Shown: in pieces, positions 1 to 11,200 of the stretch
How the letters are laid out: the number at the start of each line of letters is the position of its first letter
Numbering within the stretch: the stretch's first letter is position 1
Notes under the pieces: model-generated
Databases searched by the model: none
What the model saw: only the letters and a program-made list of their open reading frames with translations
Told to the model about the DNA's origin: nothing
NCBI GenBank assembly: GCA_902801625.1
Contig: CADCJI010000006.1
Location: 11,304 to 75,303, forward strand
Length of the DNA stretch: 64,000 bases
Source: an uncultured Bacteroidia bacterium
Lineage (GTDB): Bacteria > Bacteroidota > Bacteroidia > Bacteroidales > F082
Reading direction: 5' to 3'
Made by a program: the position numbers and the translations under genes

Positions 1-2591
1 TTACCGGCCTCAGCCCCGTCATCAGCATCGAGCAGAAGTCGGTGAACAAAAACCCGCGCTCTACTGTGGGCACCATCACAGAAATTTACGACTTTTTGCG
101 TCTGCTCTATGCCCGTATTGGCGAGGCCTATTCCTACAACACGGGCGAAAAAATGGTGCGATACACCGAGGAGCAAATCACCGATTTGATTCTGAACGAG
201 TTTAGTGGCAAACGCATCAACATTTTGGCACCTGCCGTCCGTGGCAGAAAAGGTCATTACCGCGAGCTGTTCGAACATATCCGCCAAGCAGGCTTCACCC
301 GAGTGCGTGTCGACGGCGTAATGCGCGAAATCGAATTCGGCTTGATGGTGGACCGCTACAAAACCCACGATATCGAAATTGTCGTCGACCGAATTGAAGT
401 CCATGAAGACAGCCTCACGCGCATCAAGAAGTCGGTGCAGACCGCTTTCCGTTACGGCAAAGGTCTGCTTATGGTGCTTGACAACGACAGCCAGCAGTTG
501 CGCTACTTCAGCCGCCTGCTGATGTGCCCCACCACTGGCATCTCCTACGAAGACCCCGAGCCCAACACTTTCTCATTCAACTCTCCCTATGGTGCCTGCC
601 CCAAGTGCAATGGCCTGGGCGAAATCGCCGTGGTGGATAAAGAGAAGCTCATCCCTAATCCTAACCTAAGCCTCCGTAAAGGAGGTCTGGCTCCAGCAGG
701 CGAATACAAAGCCGGTAGCTGGATCTTCAGACAGCTGGAAGCCATTGGACTAAAATACGGCTACACCCTCGACACTCCGATGAAAGACATCTCAGAGGAG
801 GCACTCGACGTCATCCTTTACGGCACCAACGAGACCTTCGAGGTGAAACGCGAGACTCTCGGCATCACCTCGACAGTCAAAATCAACTTCGAGGGCATCA
901 TCAACTTCATCGAGGACCAAAACAACGAAGAAGCCTCAGCAGCCATCGCACGCTGGGCAGGTTCGTTCATGAACCATGTGAGTTGTCCCATATGCGGAGG
1001 TACAAGGTTGAAGAAGGAATCGCAATGGTTCCGCATCGACGGGAAAAACATCGCTGAGGTGGCCAACTTGGACACACTCAGCCTCGGCAAGTGGATAGAT
1101 GAGTTGCCCAGCAAACTCACCGAAAGACAAAACGACATTGCCAAGGAAATCCTGCGCGAAATCCACAAGCGCGTGCATTTCCTCCTCGACATTGGCATCG
1201 ACTACCTCAATATGAATCGACCAGCAGCATCTTTGTCGGGCGGTGAAGCGCAACGCATCCGATTGGCCACACAAATCGGCTCGCAACTGACAGGTGTTTT
1301 GTATATTCTGGACGAGCCTAGCATCGGCTTGCACCAGCGCGACAACCAACGCCTTATCGAGTCGCTGAAGGAGTTGCGCGACATCGGCAACTCGGTCATC
1401 GTGGTAGAGCACGACAAAGACACCATGCTCAATGCCGACTATCTAGTCGACATCGGTCCAGGTGCAGGAAGGCACGGCGGCGAAGTCGTCTTTGCCGGCA
1501 CACCTTCTGAGACCAAAGAAGGCCATTCCATCACCTGCGACTACCTCAACGGCATCCGCCAAATCGAAGTGCCGAAATCAAGGCGCAAACCTTTGGAGGA
1601 TGACTTCCTCACCATCAAGGGCGCGAAAGGACATAACCTGAAGGATGTGGACTTGAAATTGCCCCTCGGTGTGATGGTCTGCGTGACAGGCGTCAGCGGC
1701 TCAGGTAAGTCCACCTTAATTAATGAGACCCTCTCCCCTATCCTCAGCCAAAAGTTCTACCGCTCGGTGAAGGAGCCCTTGCCCTACGACAGCATCGAAG
1801 GTTTGGAGAAAATCGATAAGATCATCCAGATAGACCAGGCACCCATTGGACGCACACCACGTTCAAACCCTGCCACCTACACCAAGGTCTTCGATGACAT
1901 CCGCAAACTCTATGGTGAGTTGCCCGAATCGAAGATCCGCAACTACAAGGCGGGGCGTTTCTCTTTCAACGTGAAAGGTGGTCGCTGCGAGGCATGCAAA
2001 GGTGCAGGCGTGCGTGTCATCGAAATGAACTTCCTGCCCGACGTGACGGTTTTATGCGAAGAATGCCAAGGCAAGCGCTACAACCGCGAGACCCTTGAGG
2101 TGCGCTACAAAGGCAAGTCAATCAACGATGTGCTCAACATGACCATCAATGAAGCTGTGGAGTTTTTTGAGAACATTCCAAGCATCATACAGAAAATCAA
2201 GACTTTGAAAGATGTAGGTTTGGGCTATCTGACCCTTGGCCAAGCCTCCACCACCATCTCGGGCGGCGAGGCGCAGCGTGTGAAACTGGCCACCGAATTG
2301 GCCAAACGCGACACGGGCAAAACGCTTTACGTTTTGGATGAGCCAACGACGGGCTTACACTTTGAGGACATCAAGGTGCTGATGAACGTGCTGAACAAGC
2401 TTGTCGACAAGGGCAATACCGTCCTCATCATCGAGCACAACATGGACGTCATCAAGATGGCGGATTGGATCATCGACATGGGTCCCGAGGGCGGCGACCG
2501 CGGCGGAAAAATCGTGTGCCAAGGCACGCCCGAAGAAGTGGCGCAATGCGCCGAGAGTTACACAGGGCATTTTTTGAAGGAAGAACTATAG
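1..2591 (+). CDS. uvrA: Excinuclease ABC subunit A (UvrA); 5' end lies upstream of the window
   Basis: The frame is open from nt 3 (TGLSPVISIEQKSVNKNPRSTVGT...). Two ABC modules are present (LSGGEAQRIRLA, Walker A GVSGSGKST, ISGGEAQRVKLA) with CxxC zinc-finger pairs (CPKCNGLG, CEACKGAG..CEECQGKRY). Confidence 0.97.
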   Translation, partial: TGLSPVISIEQKSVNKNPRSTVGTITEIYDFLRLLYARIGEAYSYNTGEKMVRYTEEQITDLILNEFSGKRINILAPAVRGRKGHYRELFEHIRQAGFTRVRVDGVMREIEFGLMVDRYKTHDIEIVVDRIEVHEDSLTRIKKSVQTAFRYGKGLLMVLDNDSQQLRYFSRLLMCPTTGISYEDPEPNTFSFNSPYGACPKCNGLGEIAVVDKEKLIPNPNLSLRKGGLAPAGEYKAGSWIFRQLEAIGLKYGYTLDTPMKDISEEALDVILYGTNETFEVKRETLGITSTVKINFEGIINFIEDQNNEEASAAIARWAGSFMNHVSCPICGGTRLKKESQWFRIDGKNIAEVANLDTLSLGKWIDELPSKLTERQNDIAKEILREIHKRVHFLLDIGIDYLNMNRPAASLSGGEAQRIRLATQIGSQLTGVLYILDEPSIGLHQRDNQRLIESLKELRDIGNSVIVVEHDKDTMLNADYLVDIGPGAGRHGGEVVFAGTPSETKEGHSITCDYLNGIRQIEVPKSRRKPLEDDFLTIKGAKGHNLKDVDLKLPLGVMVCVTGVSGSGKSTLINETLSPILSQKFYRSVKEPLPYDSIEGLEKIDKIIQIDQAPIGRTPRSNPATYTKVFDDIRKLYGELPESKIRNYKAGRFSFNVKGGRCEACKGAGVRVIEMNFLPDVTVLCEECQGKRYNRETLEVRYKGKSINDVLNMTINEAVEFFENIPSIIQKIKTLKDVGLGYLTLGQASTTISGGEAQRVKLATELAKRDTGKTLYVLDEPTTGLHFEDIKVLMNVLNKLVDKGNTVLIIEHNMDVIKMADWIIDMGPEGGDRGGKIVCQGTPEEVAQCAESYTGHFLKEEL

Positions 2592-2678
2592 TAAAGTCCT
2601 AAAAAGCTGTATTCAGTATTCTCTCTCATTTATTTTCACAAAAACACAAAAAAAAGCGATTTACATTGAAAAAATGTT

Positions 2679-2686
2679 TATCTTTG
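2679..2686 (+). promoter_or_regulatory. Bacteroidota -7 promoter box TAnnTTTG (TATCTTTG)
   Basis: Exact consensus match in the AT-rich spacer ~100 nt upstream of ATG 2784. Confidence 0.5.
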
Positions 2687-2783
2687 CTCGCTTAAACTAC
2701 ATATATTGTACACATTGGAATTATCTGAAACACAAGGACTTTACAAGTCTTTAACATAATTATTAACTCAATTTTAACTAAAC

Positions 2784-5339
2784 ATGAAGAAGCTTTTCCT
2801 CATTGCAATGACTTTGATACTCGGTGTCAGTGTCATGGCACAGCAAAAGATTCAGTTGCGTTCGACCGACAAAGTTGAATGCGTAAAGAGCGACATGACG
2901 GGCCTCAAGGCTTCGTTCTCTTTTTCAACCATTGAGGCGCAGGACTATGAAAGTGAGCGCGGAACCTTCTCCTGGCTCAGCCTGCCCAACACCGTTATCG
3001 GCGGTAATGAGGGTGACCCCCAGATTCCCGTCATCAACCAACTCATCGCCGTGCCTTTCGGTGCCAACCCAAGCATCGAAATCACGAGCTACAGCACGAC
3101 GGACTACCGTCTCGATGATCACGATATGAAGACTTTGGTGCCTCGCCAACTTCCAGTGCGCAAGAGCCAACGTCCCGAGGATGTGCCTTTCATCATGAAC
3201 GAGTCCGCCTACCAGGTCAGTGGCTTGCGTTCTGAGCCCAAGGCCATCGTTAGTGTGGAAGGCATCATGCGTGGCGTGCAACTCGGCAAGATGACCATCG
3301 AGCCCGTGAGCTATGACCCCGTCAACAACACCATCCGCGTGTTCAACGACATTGAGGTCACTGTTCGCTTCGACGGCGCCAATGCCAAGGCAACGGAGGA
3401 CATGCTGGTAAAGACCTACAGCCCTTATTTCGACATCGTCTATAAGCAGTTGTTCAATGGTAGAGCTATTACGGATGCCTATACCGACCATCCCGACCTC
3501 TACCAAACCCCAGTGAAGATGCTTGTTGTGACGACTTCGACCTATCAGAATAGCGAAGCTTATCAGAATTGGCTGACTTGGAAAAAGCAGAAGGGTATTA
3601 GTGTGGACGAATATATTGTAACCAGCAGTACGACATCATCCACCATCCGCTCGGGCATCCAAAGCAGATACAACTCTAACCACCCGACCTTCTTGGTTAT
3701 CGTGGGCGACGAAACCGTTGTCAAAGCCTATAAGACGAATTGGAGTTGTGATAGTTATTATGGCAACTGCGTCAATGACTTGGAATATGCTTCCGTTGAT
3801 AGTGACGTGTATCATGACATGTATATGAGTCGCATGGCAGTGTCATCCACTACTGAACTCAGCAACCTTGTGAGCAAGATTTTGACCTACGAGAAATACA
3901 CCATGTCCGATCCGAGTTACCTGAGCAAGGTGTTGCTTATCGCAGGAAATGATGACAGTTCAGGCAATTGGGATGAGGCAGTTGGCAGACCCACAATCCA
4001 GTATGCTGTCAACAACTATTACAATTCGGCACATGGATTCACCAACGTGTATAAATATAATACTTCCTCAAATTACAGTGGTTGCTACAATTACTTAAGT
4101 TCTGGTGTTGGTTTCCTCAACTACACCGCTCATGGTGATATCCAAGCATTGTCAGACCCGTCATTCACCAATTCCAACGTCAATAGCTTAACCAACAACG
4201 ACAAGTATTTTTGGATTGTGGCCAACTGCTGTCTGACAGCCAACTGGGGCAACAACACATATAAGCCCTGTCTTGGTGAGGCAATGATTCGTGCTGCCAA
4301 CAAAGGTGCTTTCGGATATATTGGCTCAATTCCAGAAACTTTATGGTATGAGGATTATTATTTTGGTGTAGGTGCTTTCCGATATGTTGCACAAACCGTA
4401 CAAACTACTTCATCCACCACAACGGGTATGTACGATGCCCTCTTTGATGACACAGGTTTCAATACTTTGAACTCGGTGCCTTTTATCGGTAATGTTGCTG
4501 TGACCTATGCACATGCTAAAGGTTATCAAAGCAGTGTTAACGACGAATACTATTGGAGAGCCTACCAGTGCTTGGGCGACGGTTCTGTAATGCCTTATCT
4601 TGTGAATCCCGCTGCCAACACCGTCAGCCACAACAGCACCATCCCCGCCGGCGCAAGCAGTTTCAGAGTGTATGCCGACGCCAGATCCTATGTGGCCATC
4701 ACCGTCAATAATAATATTATAGGTGTGGCTGCCGTTCCGGCCAACGCCACCTACGTTGACGTGTCTTTCACCACCGCTCCTGCCGCAGGCCAATCTGCCA
4801 TGATTGTGGTGACCCGCAACCAACGTCAGCCCTACATCACCACCGTTCCTGTTGTCGGTATGCCTACCGTAACCACTACAGCCGTCAGCGATATCGACAA
4901 GACCACGGCCACAGGCGGCGGCAACGTCACGGATAACGGCGGCGCCGACGTTACGGCACGCGGCATCTGCTGGAGTACCTCACAGAACCCCACTATCAGT
5001 GGTAGCCATACCACCGACGGCACGGGCACGGGCAGCTTCACCAGCGCGATGACCGGCCTCACCGCCAACACCACCTACTACGTGCGCGCCTACGCCACCA
5101 ACAGCGCCAGCACCGCCTACGGCGAGCAACTGAGCTTCACCACCTTGCCCAACGGCATGACAGGTGATGTTAACGGGGATAATCGATTCAATCTCGCCGA
5201 CATCTCCCTTATTCTCAGCTATCTCATGGGCGATTCCCAGCTTACAGGACAAGCCTTCACCAATGCTGATGTCAATGGAGACAATCGGGTTAACCTCAGC
5301 GATGTCTCGTTGTTGTTAGGCATACTAATGAACCAGTAA
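2784..5339 (+). CDS. Peptidase C25 (gingipain family, Kgp-like) with C-terminal Fn3-like module and dockerin-type repeat pair
   Basis: Signal peptide MKKLFLIAMTLILGVSVMAQQ. Catalytic His context LNYTAHGD and Cys context DKYFWIVANCCLTANWG resemble Lys-gingipain (NYTAHGSE / DKYFLAIGNCCITAQFD, recalled from memory). An Fn3-like module (ARGICWSTSQNPT..YYVRAYATN..YGEQLSFTT) is followed by DVNGDNRFNLADISLILSYLMG..DVNGDNRVNLSDVSLLLGILMN. No T9SS CTD is present. Confidence 0.9.
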   Translation: MKKLFLIAMTLILGVSVMAQQKIQLRSTDKVECVKSDMTGLKASFSFSTIEAQDYESERGTFSWLSLPNTVIGGNEGDPQIPVINQLIAVPFGANPSIEITSYSTTDYRLDDHDMKTLVPRQLPVRKSQRPEDVPFIMNESAYQVSGLRSEPKAIVSVEGIMRGVQLGKMTIEPVSYDPVNNTIRVFNDIEVTVRFDGANAKATEDMLVKTYSPYFDIVYKQLFNGRAITDAYTDHPDLYQTPVKMLVVTTSTYQNSEAYQNWLTWKKQKGISVDEYIVTSSTTSSTIRSGIQSRYNSNHPTFLVIVGDETVVKAYKTNWSCDSYYGNCVNDLEYASVDSDVYHDMYMSRMAVSSTTELSNLVSKILTYEKYTMSDPSYLSKVLLIAGNDDSSGNWDEAVGRPTIQYAVNNYYNSAHGFTNVYKYNTSSNYSGCYNYLSSGVGFLNYTAHGDIQALSDPSFTNSNVNSLTNNDKYFWIVANCCLTANWGNNTYKPCLGEAMIRAANKGAFGYIGSIPETLWYEDYYFGVGAFRYVAQTVQTTSSTTTGMYDALFDDTGFNTLNSVPFIGNVAVTYAHAKGYQSSVNDEYYWRAYQCLGDGSVMPYLVNPAANTVSHNSTIPAGASSFRVYADARSYVAITVNNNIIGVAAVPANATYVDVSFTTAPAAGQSAMIVVTRNQRQPYITTVPVVGMPTVTTTAVSDIDKTTATGGGNVTDNGGADVTARGICWSTSQNPTISGSHTTDGTGTGSFTSAMTGLTANTTYYVRAYATNSASTAYGEQLSFTTLPNGMTGDVNGDNRFNLADISLILSYLMGDSQLTGQAFTNADVNGDNRVNLSDVSLLLGILMNQ
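5163..5336 (+). other. Dockerin-type module (two EF-hand-like Ca-binding loop + helix segments) at the C-terminus of C25 protease 1
   Basis: GDVNGDNRFNLADISLILSYLMGDSQLTGQAFTNADVNGDNRVNLSDVSLLLGILMNQ matches the type I dockerin duplicated-segment consensus DVNGDGxVNxxDxxLLxxYLLG. Confidence 0.75.
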
Positions 5340-5365
5340 AGATAACCCAATACTTATTAATTAAT

Positions 5366-7903
5366 ATGAAAAAAACACTCCTTTCATTCTTCATTCTTTG
5401 CCTTGCCCTGACAACCATGGCGCAAGAATGGACAAGTATTACCAGTAGCACACCTGAGTCGTTCAAGAAGGTGTTGGTTTCTTCTTCGGAAGACCAGATC
5501 CAGGTCAGACTGCAAGTTCCGGGATTCTATACGACTGCCGTGAACACGCCCCGTGGTGAGGCCTATGTCGTCACCATGCCCAAGGCCGTCAACACGGCTG
5601 AGGCTGGCGAACCCAACATGCCCATGACGGGTATCCCCGTAATGATTGGTGACAGGGCTCGCATGGACATCCGTGTGGTCAATGCCAAGTATCAAGACTT
5701 CGAAGGCATCGAAGTGGCCCCTTCGAAAGGCGACTTCCCACGCAGCATAGACCCTGCCACCGTGCCTTACACCTATGGCGAATGCTACAATCAGGACGCA
5801 TTCTTCCCTGCAAGCAATGTGGGTCTGTATGACCCCTACATCATCCGTGACTTCCGTGGCCAGAACATGGTGGTCTACCCCTTCGCCTACAACCCCGTCA
5901 CCAAGACCCTCCGCGTCTACTACGACATGACCGTGGAGATGTACAAGGTGGACAACAACGGCGAGAATGTCATGACTTCCCGCCGCAGCAACACGGTGAA
6001 GTTGGATCCCGATTTCAAGAGCGTCTACCAGCGTCACTTCATCAACTATGAAGCTTCGATGAACCGTTATACCCCCGTCGACGAAGAAGGCGACCTGCTC
6101 ATCATCTGCTACGACAACTTCATCAGCTCGATGACCGACTTCGTCAACTGGAAGAAGACCCGTGGCATCAACACCACCATCGTGGGTACCAGCACGGCTG
6201 GCTCCACTGCTTCGACCATCAAAAGCTATATCCAAAGCCAATACAATGCCAACAATAATTTGACCCATGTGCTGCTCGTCGGTGATGTGGCTCAGATTCC
6301 TGGTAATTCATTTACTGCTTCCAGTACTTCTGAAGGAGATTGGAGCGGAAAAGGCGACAACCTGTATGGGCAAATTGTCGGTAACGACATCTATAATGAT
6401 GTTTTTATCGGTCGTTTCTCCGCCAGCAGCGCTGCTCAAGTGACCACTCAGGTCAACCGTATCATCACTTACGAGAGAGACCTCACCACCAGTGCCACCT
6501 GGTGCCAAAACGGTTTGGGTATCAGCACCACCGAAGGTTCAGGTGGTCATAATAATGAAGATGACTACCAACACATTGAAAACCTCCGCACCGACTTGTC
6601 GAACTATGGTTATGGCACAGTCTATCAAGATTATTATAATGTGAGTGGCTATCCTTCATCCTCTACCACTACCATCAGCAACCATATCAATAGTGGCGTG
6701 GGTATTATCAATTACTGCAACCACGGACAGGAAACAGGATGGCAGTCCCACTCGCCTTATTATACAAACACCTACGTCAATGCTTTGACCAACAATAACA
6801 AACTGCCTTTCATCTTCTCGGTGGCCTGTTTGGTGGGTAAATATGATTACGCCAGTGGAGACTGCTTCGCTGAGACATGGATGCACGCTACCAATGGTTC
6901 CAATCCAACCGGAGCTATCGGTGGTTTCTTCTCCTATATCTCACAACCTTGGATTCCGCCTATGTGGGCACAAGACGAGTTTGTTGACATTCTTTGTGAA
7001 CTTAAGAGCAACAACATCAAACACACGTTGGGTGGAGTAGGCGTTAACAGTCTGTTTAGCATCTTTGACCACTATAGTACTTCATCAGCTGCAGCCAAGG
7101 GTACCTACCAAGCATGGGTGCTTTACGGTGACCCGAGCCTGATGCTCCGCACCAAGACCCCGCAGGCCATGACCGTCACCCACGCCGGTACGATAGCGCC
7201 TACGGCCACCACTTATTCAGTGAGCGTCAGCAACGGCAACGGTGCTTTAGCCACCATCACCGACGCCAACCACAACATCCTGGGCAAAGCCACGGTGAGC
7301 GGCGGCACCGCCACCATCACCCTCAACGGCACTTTGACCGCTGGCACAGAACTCACCCTCTGTGTGTTCGGTTACAATAAGATGACCGATCTCCAGACCA
7401 TCGCTGTCAGCAACCCGGCAACGGTGGCTACCGTGACCACCACAGCCATCAGCAATATCGACAAGACCACGGCCACGGGCGGCGGCAATGTCACGGCTGA
7501 CGGCGGCGCCACCGTTACGGCACGCGGCATCTGCTGGAGCACCTCGCAGAACCCCACTATCAGTGGTAGCCATACCACCGACGGCACGGGCACGGGCAGC
7601 TTCTCCAGCGCGATGACCGGCTTGACCGCCAACACCACCTACTATGTGCGTGCCTACGCCACCAACAGCGCCGGCACCGCCTACGGCGAGCAGGTGAGCT
7701 TCACCACCTTGCCCGAGGGCATGACAGGCGACGTTAACGGTGATAATCGATTCAATCTCGCCGACATCTCCCTTATTCTAAGCTACCTCATGGGCGATTC
7801 CCAGCTTACAGGACAGGCCTTCACCAATGCTGATGTCAATGGAGACAATCGGGTTAACCTCAGCGATGTCTCATTGCTGTTGGGTATACTAATGAACCAA
7901 TAA
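5366..7903 (+). CDS. Peptidase C25 (gingipain family, Rgp-like) with C-terminal Fn3-like module and dockerin-type repeat pair
   Basis: Signal peptide MKKTLLSFFILCLALTTMAQE. INYCNHGQETGW (His), NKLPFIFSVACLVGKYD (Cys), CFAETWMHA, AQDEFVDILCELKSNNIKHTLGGV and LYGDPSLMLRT parallel RgpB motifs recalled from memory. The C-terminal cassette is the same as in the upstream gene. Confidence 0.9.
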   Translation: MKKTLLSFFILCLALTTMAQEWTSITSSTPESFKKVLVSSSEDQIQVRLQVPGFYTTAVNTPRGEAYVVTMPKAVNTAEAGEPNMPMTGIPVMIGDRARMDIRVVNAKYQDFEGIEVAPSKGDFPRSIDPATVPYTYGECYNQDAFFPASNVGLYDPYIIRDFRGQNMVVYPFAYNPVTKTLRVYYDMTVEMYKVDNNGENVMTSRRSNTVKLDPDFKSVYQRHFINYEASMNRYTPVDEEGDLLIICYDNFISSMTDFVNWKKTRGINTTIVGTSTAGSTASTIKSYIQSQYNANNNLTHVLLVGDVAQIPGNSFTASSTSEGDWSGKGDNLYGQIVGNDIYNDVFIGRFSASSAAQVTTQVNRIITYERDLTTSATWCQNGLGISTTEGSGGHNNEDDYQHIENLRTDLSNYGYGTVYQDYYNVSGYPSSSTTTISNHINSGVGIINYCNHGQETGWQSHSPYYTNTYVNALTNNNKLPFIFSVACLVGKYDYASGDCFAETWMHATNGSNPTGAIGGFFSYISQPWIPPMWAQDEFVDILCELKSNNIKHTLGGVGVNSLFSIFDHYSTSSAAAKGTYQAWVLYGDPSLMLRTKTPQAMTVTHAGTIAPTATTYSVSVSNGNGALATITDANHNILGKATVSGGTATITLNGTLTAGTELTLCVFGYNKMTDLQTIAVSNPATVATVTTTAISNIDKTTATGGGNVTADGGATVTARGICWSTSQNPTISGSHTTDGTGTGSFSSAMTGLTANTTYYVRAYATNSAGTAYGEQVSFTTLPEGMTGDVNGDNRFNLADISLILSYLMGDSQLTGQAFTNADVNGDNRVNLSDVSLLLGILMNQ
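7727..7900 (+). other. Dockerin-type module at the C-terminus of C25 protease 2
   Basis: The peptide is identical to the dockerin of protease 1, and the DNA is nearly identical. Confidence 0.75.
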
Positions 7904-8086
7904 AAAGGGTACTAAAACAAGTACATGAGTAAATTGAGCCAACATATAGAGACAGTGACTTGTGACAATGACCATGACCGCTTCAACGGAAGTGAAAGCA
8001 GTCTCGGGTCATAGTCACGGGTTATAGTCCCGAAGGCAAATAATAAAATTAATTTAAACTGTTACTTGTATGTCATTAATTTTCAC

Positions 8087-8094
8087 TATTTTTG
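8087..8094 (+). promoter_or_regulatory. TAnnTTTG promoter box (TATTTTTG, followed by CAGCCC)
   Basis: Consensus match ~195 nt upstream of ATG 8289. The predicted 5' UTR contains the heptamer hairpin at 8157-8229. Confidence 0.5.
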
Positions 8095-8156
8095 CAGCCC
8101 GAAATTAAATAGATGAACATAAATAGATTCCATAAAAGACGCGAGATTATAACATA

Positions 8157-8229
8157 GCAGTCAGCTTTCAGCCATCAGCAATCAGCCCGGTTCAACCAAG
8201 CTGATAGCTGATAGCTGACGGCTGATAGC
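8157..8229. repeat. Heptamer-periodic inverted repeat (NNTCAGC x4 / GCTGANN x4) forming a long imperfect hairpin
   Basis: The left arm gcagtcagctttcagccatcagcaatcagc and right arm gctgatagctgatagctgacggctgatagc pair at 23 of 30 positions as counted by eye, with a 13-nt loop. Confidence 0.8.
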
Positions 8230-8288
8230 CACATAATTAGTAAAGAACAAGCACAAATAAAACAAATCATTAAACAAAAAACTACACA

Positions 8289-11200
8289 ATGAAAAGAAAA
8301 TCATTACTCATCATGCTGCTGGTGGCCCTCTTCGTGCCATTGGCAATGAATGCACAGACCAGGACGCTCAGAAAGAGCGCCAAGGGTCTTCCCAAGCTCG
8401 AAGTGAACGCCCCTGCCAAGGCGATGCCTTCTAATCCTATGCTTTCACAGCTCGAGTCTGCAAAAGAGGCCGCTTTGGAAGAATTGAATGGCCGCGGCGA
8501 GCGTGCTACCAACGAACTGCTGACCCAAGGATTCGAAAGTATGTCAAGCATCAGCACCAGCTATTCTTCCACCGGATGGTATGCCTACAATGCCGGTAGT
8601 GGCAAAAACTGGACACTTAATTCGTCTTCCAGCTATGCAAATAATAGCTCAAAGAGTGCTCAGGTAGAGTATAGTTCACGCTATGCTGCAAACTGCTACT
8701 TAGTTTCCGCCCCGTTTACTGTAAGTTCCAGCATGTCCGAGCTTACTGTAAGCCTGTATGAGAGGGTTCGCAGTGGAAGTTATGCTGAGACGTTTGAGGT
8801 GTTCTTCGTAAAGGCAAGCGATGTTAGCAATCTTGCTGGTGTTGCTTCTGCAACAAAGTACAACGCTATTGCTTCTGCTTCCTATACCAATACAACCTAT
8901 GCTCAGCAATCTGGAACTGTCACGAATTCCGCACTGGCTGGCCAAAGCGTAAGGGTCGTTGTTCATTGCACCTCTGCTGCCAATATGTGGTATCTCTATA
9001 TTGATGACATCACTGTTACCGAGAAGACAGTTGTAGAAGGCTGCTCTGCACCTACCAACTTTGCCGCCACCAATGTGACCACGAACTCAGCTACCTTCAG
9101 TTGGACTGAGACGGGCACATCTGATACATGGGTGATTTTCTACATGGCCGAAGATGATGCAGAATCAAGCTATGAAATTGCCGACACCAATCCATACACC
9201 CTCACAGGCCTGAATCCTGCCACGAATTATTACGCAGTTGTAATACCTTATTGTGGCGATTATGATCAGTATAGCGACGAGATTGAATTCACCACCCAAG
9301 ATCTTCCTTGCTCCAAGCCTACCGATTTGAACGTCACAGCGATGACACCTTCCTCCGCCACAGTTAGCTGGAGTGGAGAGGCTGATAGCTATACCATTCA
9401 ATACAGAGTCCCCAGTGGTTTTAGGTATGACTTCGAATCAGCCACTGCATTCGCGGTTGACGATTTTTCACCCTGCACCACATACGATGGCGATGGATAT
9501 GCCACTTATACCATTCAGAATGTAACATTCGACAATCAAGGATATACGGGTTCGTTCATCAATTTCCAGAGCGGGATAGCTTCGGGTTTGTCCGCACATG
9601 GTGGCAATTCCTTCGGAGCATGCTTTGCAGCCACAACAGCTCCTAATAATGACTGGTTCATCCTGCCCGCAATCACCATCAATAATGGTGATGTTTTCTC
9701 TTTCTGGGCGAAGGAATACACCGACTCTTATCCCGAAGCCTTCAAAGTGGGTATCTATCGTGGGAACGGAGCCTTCTCGTCCTATTTGGCAGGAAGCGCA
9801 TCCTCGTCGATTACTCCGACTACAACTTGGACAGAATACAGCTATGACTTGTCGGCTTACGCCGGACAAACGATTCAATTGGCCATCCAATGCGTCTCAA
9901 ACGATGCCTTTATATTCTGCATTGATGACATCTTTGTGGGGAACCCCAATGGCAATGATTCTTGGGATGTGACTCTTACCGATGTCACCTCTCCCTACAC
10001 CATCACTGGTTTGCAAGCTGAAACCACTTACGAGTGGCAAGTTCAGGGCGACTGTGGTTCCGACGGCCTAAGCCTTTGGTCATCCATCGCCACCTTCACC
10101 ACGCCTTCGGCTTGCGGCACCCCCACGGGCTTGACCACTACAGACATCACAAACAATTCAGCCACCCTCAGCTGGACTGAAGTTTTGGATGCCTACAATG
10201 TGCGTTACAGAAAAGGTTTCGTTTACGACTTTGAATCTGCCGAGCCTTGGGCTGTTGACAATTTTGCACCTTGCACCACCTACGACGGTGATCAATATGG
10301 AACTTATGGCTTTAACTCTTGGTCGTTCCCCAATGCAGGCTATACAGGTGCTTGTATCGCTTTCAATAATGACAACCAAGGTTCTGACAACATGTACTCA
10401 CATAGTGGCAATGCTTTCGGTGTGATGTTCGATGCTGGTTCGTCTTCCGTTCAGACCAATGACTGGTTTATCCTTCCCGAGCTTACCATCGCGAGTGGTG
10501 ATGTCTTCTCATTCTGGGGCAGAGAAATAACTGACCAGTACGGAGCCGAGACTATTAATGTAGGTGTTTATGGTTCCACCAATGGCACTTTCTCCGCTTA
10601 TCTGGCCCAAAACGTTTCCGTATCTTCGACGGAGTGGACTGAATTTAGCTATGACTTGTCAAGCTATGCTGGCCAGACTATTAAATTGGCCATCAACTGC
10701 GTCTCGCAGGATATTTTCGGCTTCATGTTTGACGACATCTTCGTAGGCAACCCCAGCAACGACTGGAGCACTCCTGTCGCTGTCAATGGTTCTACCTATG
10801 CTCTTACAGGTCTGGATATGGAAACCAGCTATACTTGGCAAGTGCAAGGCGTCGACTGCGACGGCAACGGCAGCACCACCAGCTGGGCTAGCGATTACTT
10901 CACCACAATTAATGGCACCCTCGTCACTGAAATCACTGCTGATGATGTCGAAGTGGTTGTTGGTGCTACTGCCAACATCACCAACCTCGTTGTGCTTCCT
11001 GCCGATGCCACCAACCCGGCTGTCACCTACACTTCGAATGACGAGACCATCGCCACCGTTGAAAATGGCGTTGTGACTGGCGTTGCCGTGGGTACCACCA
11101 CCATCACCATCGCTGCCACCGACGGCTCAGGTGTCACTGCCACCATCAACGTGACAGTGAACGGTATTGATGTCACTGGCATCACTGCTGAGAATGTCAC

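Noticed and set aside
5384-6268. Long antisense ORFs inside large genes (for example 5384-6268, 11751-12899, 17977-19179, 21275-22948, 53267-54706, 55627-56403, 24629-25423).
   Set aside because: They lie opposite ORFs with clear family motifs and have Gly/Val/Asp/His-rich, low-information translations. The high GC3 of the true frames removes stop codons on the opposite strand, which produces these shadow ORFs.
7962-8018. 12-bp-stem hairpin (gtgacaatgacc / ggtcatagtcac) downstream of the second C25 gene, as a possible terminator or riboswitch.
   Set aside because: The loop is ~33 nt, there is no T-run, and I recognise no conserved ncRNA motif. The evidence is too weak for a feature call.
8113-8157. 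14-codon upstream ORF (MNINRFHKRREIIT) just after the promoter box of the scaffold gene, as a possible leader peptide.
   Set aside because: It has no conservation evidence and no obvious coupling to the downstream hairpin. It cannot be supported from sequence alone.
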